A DNA stretch of 64,000 nucleotides from the NCBI RefSeq assembly GCF_009914755.1, contig NC_060928.1. One strand, 5' to 3'. A program made the translations under genes and the position numbers. The notes under the pieces are model-generated. The model did not search any database and was not told where the DNA came from. It was given only the letters and a program-made list of their open reading frames with translations. Source of the stretch: the human T2T-CHM13v2.0 reference genome, Homo sapiens. Positions 55,800 through 64,000 of this stretch are shown here, piece after piece. How positions within the stretch are numbered: the stretch's first letter is position 1; each line of letters opens with the position of its first letter.

Positions 55800-57364
55800 A
55801 TGTTTTAGAAAAATTTTGATTTTCTTTATCTCAAGAAAGTTGCTGAGCCTATAACACACAAAATACCATCCATCAAAGGGTCCTCAATGCTATCATTGAC
55901 CATAGACAATCAGAAGATGGAAATATGCTGAAGCAGCGGCAACATCTATGTCAAAGTTTAGTCATTATTTTTAAAAGACTGTGCTCTAAGCAAGTGATTA
56001 AATGCATGCAGCTGCTTAAGGTGTGTTTACATTTCACTGCATGCAGCATGGCTTCTCATTTAGGTCAGACAACAGTTTTCCTAGATTAATTACATTCATT
56101 TTTTAATTCTGAGTTTCCTTAGGCCTATGAGAAATATAAAACAATGGTTACTAATGAGTTGACACCGTTAGCAAAAGAGTACTGCAAACAGTTAAATGAT
56201 GACAGTTTTATATCAATGTGAGCAGATGAATCGAATAATAGTTTCAATAGCAGTTAAAATTTTAAAAATTCAATTCACAGAACCAAAGAAAAGCTTTTAG
56301 AAGTTTATCATGTCAATGGTGAATTGTCTGACCTTATTATAAATGCTGTCACTTTAACTTAAAAATTAAACATTGTGACTGCAAATGATAACATAAATAC
56401 AAATATTAGTGGAGCACAGCATCATAGTAAAACAATGATTTTATTAAAATAAAAATCTATAGAGCAGACGTGTAGTTGAAAATGATTGGTGTATATATGA
56501 TGAAGTTGTGGAATTTATTAATTGAAGTAAAAACTGTAGTGAAAATTTGCATTTATTTTTATATACACAAAATTAGAGTGAATAACACTACCTGAAGAAT
56601 AAATTTGATATTGAATTAAAAATAATCTTATGTATGAAACTATACACTCTCTTTCCTGCTGGTCATTAATCAGTCTTTGGAAATGTTTGATTCTTTGAAG
56701 CACCACTTTACAAATCAACCAGAGTGTCCTAACATGGCATTGGACTATTTTTGTAAACAAGGCCTCTGAAATTGAATTGCATTTTGTTAAAAATCAGTTG
56801 GAAGTCTTTAGTTAAGGTATTCATCAAATGGAGAAAATAACTTCAATTTTTAATCTTTACAAATAACAATTATTAAAAACAAAATTGCAAATAGGAAGAC
56901 ATTGAAATGTATCCCTATGAAAACAAGGAGTAAGTTTAAAAAAAATAAGCAATGAGAGCTCATGTATAAAATATTTAATTTTGAAAGTCCATAATCATGC
57001 TTTGGAAAATCTGACTTATGAAGAGAAGCCTTTGATGGAGCTCCTCTTTAGTAGGATAAAGTAATATTCTGTACCAGATTTCACAATCTACATTTGGGAA
57101 AATATTCCAAAATTACAAATAGAAACAACTTACTTGGTGAGTTTTATTTTGAAAAAAAGAGAGAGAGAATGAAAGAAAACAATTCAAATGGAAGCAAAAA
57201 GATAATGCCTATAAAAATATTTCAGCTCAAATATTTACTTGTTTTAATATGTATAGTAATGAGAGTAAAGCTTCTATTTACCATAATTTCCTCTGAGCTC
57301 AATAGATATTTCCTTGCTTATAAAGTATTTTCTCAGTTTTAAATATTATGGTTTACAAATTTCA

Positions 57365-58150
<786 letters not shown>

Positions 58151-58304
58151 CTATGATTTACAGAGAAAACTCAATTGAAGATGTTCATACTTTCAGATTC
58201 ACTAATCATAGAATTCCAACTTTGAGGAAAATTACAGAAAATTTTATTTAAAAAATTAAGACAATGGGGCCATATTTGAAAAAGAATCAGTTGGAGTCTC
58301 ATTT

Positions 58305-58680
58305 TAATATCCTTATCCTTTGTATCTGGGCTGGCCTTGCGACTTGCTTTGATCAATGAAATGAGGCAAAATGATGTTCTACAACAGCATTATCACTTCT
58401 GCCTTCTGCTTGTGAGGGGAGAGGCCCAAACTGCCCAGCCATTCAAAGCAACACAGCCAAGGCCTCAGGCTTGAGAGTAAGGTCCTTGTCAGCTGGCCAG
58501 CTGGCCCCCAGCCAGTCCACCAACTGACGGGAAACATAGAAGTAAACCCCATCAATGCCAGTTAAATGCTGCCCAATTGTTGACCCATACAATTGTGAGC
58601 AAACGAACAGTTATTGTCTTAAGCTTTTAAGTTTTGGAGTGATTCTTTTTTTTCCTGTGGTAATTGCTAACTAATACAGA
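58305..58680 (+). mobile_element. MLT1-type MaLR LTR
   Basis: tctgggctggccttgcgacttgctttgatcaatgaaatgaggc...ttattgtcttaagcttttaagttttggagtg. Confidence 0.7.
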
Positions 58681-59379
58681 TTAACAGGTGAGAGACTAAC
58701 TTATTTCAACTCAAATGGTGAGGGAAAACTTGATTTGGAAGTGGTTTTTGAGCTTGCACTTGAAAGATTTAGAAAAGTGGAGATTGGGTGCAAAAGGCTT
58801 TCTAAATGAGAAATAGGGTAAAGGCCTCAAAGCAAGAGTACAGGAAATTCTGAAAAAGGATAGCAGCAGCCCTATGTGACTGGAGCATAGTGCCGAGAAG
58901 GCCTCTCTGAGCCAAACGTTGTAGACAGACCAAAATGAGTTCACTGGCAATTTCCATTACTAAACCTTTTACCAAAGCACTTTCATTCCATAAGATAAAC
59001 TGATTGTTGGTGAGATGTTTCCAAAATTATGTTATCACAAATGAAAAGCACAGGTGTCCCATTTCTTTGTCCTTAGATGGCACAAATAAGAGTTTGTGAT
59101 TCACAGCTGTAGTGCCAAAGGGAGAATTTTCCTGATACCTAGATAAACTAGGAAGAAAATTTTACTCAATAATAACACTGGAGTTTGGATAAGGTTTAAG
59201 TTTAAACACAGGGGCATATGCTTGCAGATCTGAGAGCTCTGAGGAAGTTGTCTGTACTGTCATGCCAAGATACAAAGTGGATTTTAAAATCTTGACTTAA
59301 GCACAGTGTCTAGATAGGAAATGGGTTTTCAATCTTTATAGATGGGAGTATGAAATGTGGCTCTTGTTTCCACTTAGAT

Positions 59380-59610
59380 GGCAGTGTAGAGTTTAAGAAC
59401 ACATGGGTTTTAATATCAGGTTGACTTGGGTTACATCTCGTTTTGTCCTGTTGCTAGATGTGCGATCTTAGGCAAGTTACAAAACCTAATTGAACTTCAG
59501 TTTCTTATCTGGAAACTGGAGGCAATAGTACCTATCCCATATGGTTTTTATGAAGATTTGACAAAATTATGTGTACAGAATGATAGCCCAGTGCCTATCC
59601 CTAATTAATA
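59380..59610 (+). mobile_element. MIR
   Basis: tgtgcgatcttaggcaagttacaaaacctaattgaacttcagtttcttatctggaaactgg. Confidence 0.75.
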
Positions 59611-59902
59611 TCCAATAGATGATGTTATAAATTATTATCCCAAGAATATTAGATTTACTCATCTATTTAAAATGCCTGATTTTTTCTGTATGTAACAAGT
59701 GAATAAAATGTGACTTTTTCTTAGAGGTCCTGATCATGTTTTTCAAACAAGTCAGATTTGCTGGATGTGTGTGATTTCTAGATGCTTCCAATATCTATGC
59801 ATCTTAATGATTCATGGATCTAATATGGTGACATATTTTTTTCTGTGAAGGGAGATTTAACATATCAAGTGTCATTTTCACATTTGGTAGAGTGAACAGC
59901 AA

Positions 59903-60445
59903 TGGCAGTAATTAGTCTCCAAAGATGGCCCTCAATGGACCATGCCTCCTAGTTCACATTGTTATATAGTCTAGTGTCATATTGACTCTGGACTGGCCCT
60001 CTGATTCACTATTACAATGTGGTGAAAATGACACTGTATCAGTAATTGGGCCCAAGCCTTAGAAAAGCCTGACAATTTCTACTTTCATAATTTTGGAAGC
60101 CTGCCATTTAAAAAGTTGAGATACCTTACTGGAAGTATCATGGAGAGAGACAGCAGATGAGACTATGTAGAGTGAGAAAGTGGCACAGCTATCCCAGAAT
60201 CCCAGCAGAGGCCAGCCTCCCAGCTGTTCCTGCCAAGGCACTAGATTTGTGAAATTAGTCATCTCGGACATTAAAACCCAGATAAGTCCTTGGATGACTC
60301 AGCCTGAGTGGATGTCAAGTGTAGCAAAAGAACCACAGAGTTGAGCCCAGTCAATCTACAAAATTGTGACAGAAAATAAAAATGGCTGTTGTTTCAAGAT
60401 ACTAAGCTTTGGGATGGTTTGTTACATAGCAATAAATAACCCAAT
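59903..60445 (+). mobile_element. MLT1F/G-like MaLR LTR
   Basis: ctccaaagatggccctcaatggaccatgcctcc...ctaagctttgggatggtttgttacatagcaataaataacc. Confidence 0.75.
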
Positions 60446-62244
60446 AGCAATAGTCCTCTTATATGTGTTTGCATATTATAATGTTTCAAAGTATTAAAAC
60501 AAGACTGTCATGAACATGCTTGAGTCTACTTTACTGGCTTACCTCATGCATAGTGCGCTGAGAATCAGACTGAAAGAAGCTTTTGATAAAGGAATTGTAA
60601 TTTCTTGTATGCATTTTCCTGAGGGTGACTCTCTCCTTGGAGAGAAATAATTTAGAGCTTTCTGTTCTTTGAAGGTGTAGTAGGTGATGCACTGTTGTTC
60701 TATAGCAGTGCTTTGTTTTCCTAAAGCAATGTTTCTTGTAGGTCCCTGAAGTAGAAATCTGTGCCTTTAGCAGTGAGTTTGTGAGAAGAGTACTAGTTGC
60801 TGACAATTCATATCATAATGCTGTGTGGGAGATACTACATTGGAGCTCACTTAAATGAATTTTTCAGGATTATTATTGTGTGTAAGTGTGTGCATGTTTT
60901 ACTCAGGACACAAATAGGCTTGACCTGGTTAATTTTGGCCAACTGGGACTGGTTGGGAGGGTCCTAGACCTGCATACTTGAATGTATGAGGTCAGTGCGG
61001 AGGTTTGGGGGACACCCAGATGCAACAGTTGGAAGATCAGAATGCAAATGTTAGAAGTAATAGGAAAGCTGTCCGCTTTGGAGAAAATGACAATGGGGAA
61101 ATGGTATTTTCAGGATCAAGGATACACCAATCCTCACAAGAAAGAAAAAATCAGCAGGAAGCAGGTACCAGGCTGTAACATGGGGGTTGGACTTCCAGTC
61201 TCCTGAGCGGGGTGAATATGGGTCCCAGTGCTGCTAGGACTTATTTCTTACAATAAAAATAAAATAAAGGTGGCTTAGTAAAAAGTCTTACAGTTCTGAT
61301 TTCTGAGGAGGATGGTAAGTTCTAGGATGCTATGCTGATGGAGCCTGCCAGTGGAAGTCAGTGGCTTAGCTGTGCCAGGAGGAGTATTGGAGAGTTGAGG
61401 TCAGATTTGAATGGACCTGCGAAAAGTCACATATTGCGCAGGATACACATAGAAATACATTTCTAAATCCCAGGAAGGAATGTAAGAGTCTGTGAGTTCC
61501 TGAACACTTTCCCAGCCTCCAGGAAGCTAAAATGAGAAGTACATAGAAAGAGTAACAAACCTTGAAGTTGCCCAATAGCCTGGAAAGAGCATGGCCTTTG
61601 AAGTGAAACAGATCCAAGTCTTAATCCTGGCTGTCATCACTAGTTTGATGGCTGTGAGCAAGTCACTTGAGCCAGTGAGGATTCAGTTTGCCTTCCTGTA
61701 ATAAAAAGCTGGCCAACAGGGTTTGACCAAAAAGGGGTTTATTTTTCTCACGTCACAAGAAATCCGTAACTCACAAGTCCAGGACTAGTGCAACTGCTTG
61801 CTGCTCCTTCAACCTCTTCCCTTCACAATGCTCAGCATGTGGCTTTTGATATCATCCCTTAGATGGCTACTCCATTTCCAGGCATCACTTCCTAAAGACA
61901 ATGAAGCAAAATCACCTCTTCAGAAGGCTTTTGTCATTTTGGGGGAATATAACCATTTTCCCAGTGACTTCTACATATATCTCATTCTATTTTGCACACA
62001 TGTTATTTCATTTCACATACATACACACACAAACACACCTTTGCACACACACTTGGCCATCTAAATACCAGAGATTTGGGGAAAGGTCAATATTTTTAAC
62101 TGGGTGTGTTACCAGTCCAAATTCTATGCCTTTGGAAGAAGGAAGAACAGATAAGTAAATAGCAATGGATTCCACATGCATTTGTTCATCTTTTCAATGG
62201 GGACAACAAGACTCCCATGGCAGGAAAATATCAAACACTGGGCA

Positions 62245-62360
62245 TAACCCCTCCAGAATGTACGCTCCATGAGGGAAGGAATTCTTGTCTGTTTTATGAC
62301 TGTTGTGTCACCAGCACCCAGAACAGTGTCTTTAATAACTATTTGCTGAATGGATGAAAT
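62245..62360 (+). mobile_element. L2 3' end fragment
   Basis: ccagaatgtacgctccatgagggaagg...ccagcacccagaacagtgtctttaataactatttgctgaatggatgaa. Confidence 0.7.
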
Positions 62361-64000
62361 TAGAGATAATAGTAAGCGTGCAGTGCATTGGCTGGCACAC
62401 AGAGGGTCCAGGAGGTGATTGTTGTTACTGTCGTCACTGAGTCTGTCTGTGGTCAGTGTCATTGTCAAATGTCACTTTCAAAAGTCAATGTCATTGCCAG
62501 AGATTGCTAGGTAATATAGAGCAACTAGCTACAGCAGAGGCAAGCTTTCTCAAGAGAGGTATTTACTAACGTGAGTTAAATGGAAAATCATGGATTGGTC
62601 TAAGACAGGGTTTTCCTCAGTGTTGTCAACCTTACATTAAAAAAAAGTTATGTACCTTTTCCTGATCCAGCCAGCAAAACTTTCATTTTCTCAGAGAACC
62701 AATGTTGCCTTAAGATGTCAGTTGTTAAAGAATCCTGACCTGGAGTTAAAGTATCTAGAAGTCAACAAGGTTCAGGAAGACATCGTGAGCTATCATCAAA
62801 ATATGCAGCTGTATTTTTAAATGTTAGAACTGGACTAATATTTCAAGAGCATCTATTCCATTACTGAGACAAAAACAGTAAGAGCTGATTTGCCCAATTT
62901 ATATTAGTAACTCTGGACACTCTCAGAAGGGACTCTAGCTCTTCCAAATATAGGCCAGAGCTTTTTCCTCTCCAAACATTGACCCTCTCCACAGCCCACT
63001 AGCACCCCCCAGTTTGTCCTGCTCAGCTGCTAGCCACCTCCCATGGCCAGATGTACTGAGTGGATGCCACCTTAGCTTCAGAACAGCCCCTTCTTTGAGA
63101 GCCCCACCACAATTATGACATTGTCTTCCCTGGCACTGGACACAGAGATGATCACGACAGGTTCCCATCCTCCACTCTGCTCTTTTCCTTTCTCTGTTTC
63201 TCTCTTTAGGGTCCAGCTCCCTTCATTGGTCCCTCTTCTTCATCTCTCATTCCCTCCTAAACCCAACCCTCTAAAAATGCTATTACTGCATCACCAGGGA
63301 CCTCAGAATTGTCAAATCCAATGGACACATATTTTTTCTGAACTTATCTTACGCTAGTGCTTCTGAAAAAAAATTTTTACCAGAATATTCCCAATATCAA
63401 GAGAGAAATATCATAAGCCTCAGGAAGTGTGGAGTTATGATCTGAAGCTAGAGCCACAGGCGTGAAATAATTTGGAAGTCTTATTTTGTCGTAAGAATTC
63501 ATGTCAGTTTTCCAGTCTACTCTTCTAGGAAACCAGAGTTTTTTTCTTCAAATTTCTTAATAAAATGGATACTCAAGGGATACACTTGTTTTAATCCCAT
63601 GGCTGCATGTCCCACCTGCTGCCTGTATTTGGTTTGAATATTATAACCCTAGCCAGGGTCTCTTGGGTATCCACAGCAGCAGTTTTATCCCCTAGGCTAG
63701 GTGGAAGCTAAATGAGACTGAAGGCAAGGGAGTGTGGCTTCTTTAAGCAGCATATACTCTTTCAGTTTCTTTCTTCTCACTTCCTCTCCTTGTTTTATGC
63801 TCCCTTGGAGAACAGAATGAGGCTAGGAAAGAAAGGGAGAAAGTATTCAGATGATCTGGCATTTGGGCTGGCGAATCTACTGCCTTGTTTAGTCATGGCA
63901 GCTGGGCTCCCATCCAAGGAGGATAAGAAGACCGCGGGGAGCAACCCTTGAACTTGGGGTGAAAGCTGCCAGGAAAGCTCTTTCACTGGAGATGGCATAC

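Noticed and set aside
55465-55854. 129-aa ORF
   Set aside because: Lies within the MST/THE1 solo LTR; such frames are common in these LTRs.
60885-61260. Possible old LTR fragment
   Set aside because: Resemblance too weak to name a family or set boundaries without an HMM search.

Overview
Human (AluYb-bearing, so hominid and almost certainly Homo) AT-rich genomic DNA lying entirely inside one + strand protein-coding gene, recognised from its translation as ARHGEF38 (Dbl-family RhoGEF). Only two coding exons are present: 28393-28580 and 52526-52649, encoding the start of the DH domain. The rest is intron dominated by interspersed repeats: Alus, L1PA/PB/MA/MB fragments, L2, MIR, MaLR/ERV LTRs, MER2 and a degraded hAT-Blackjack-like transposase. 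Nearly all other ORFs in the track are repeat-derived or chance. I see no evidence of a new gene system. The most notable signals are: a 54-bp inverted copy of flanking DNA at an L1 deletion junction; a perfect steroid-response element in intron 1; an Alu-tail (ATTCT/AGAAT)n pentanucleotide tract; two 5'-inverted L1 insertions; a probable ancient L1 3' transduction; a young AluYb; and a strong cryptic donor plus inverted Alus around the first coding exon in the window. Repeat subfamily names are by-eye recognition, and boundaries of old repeats are approximate.
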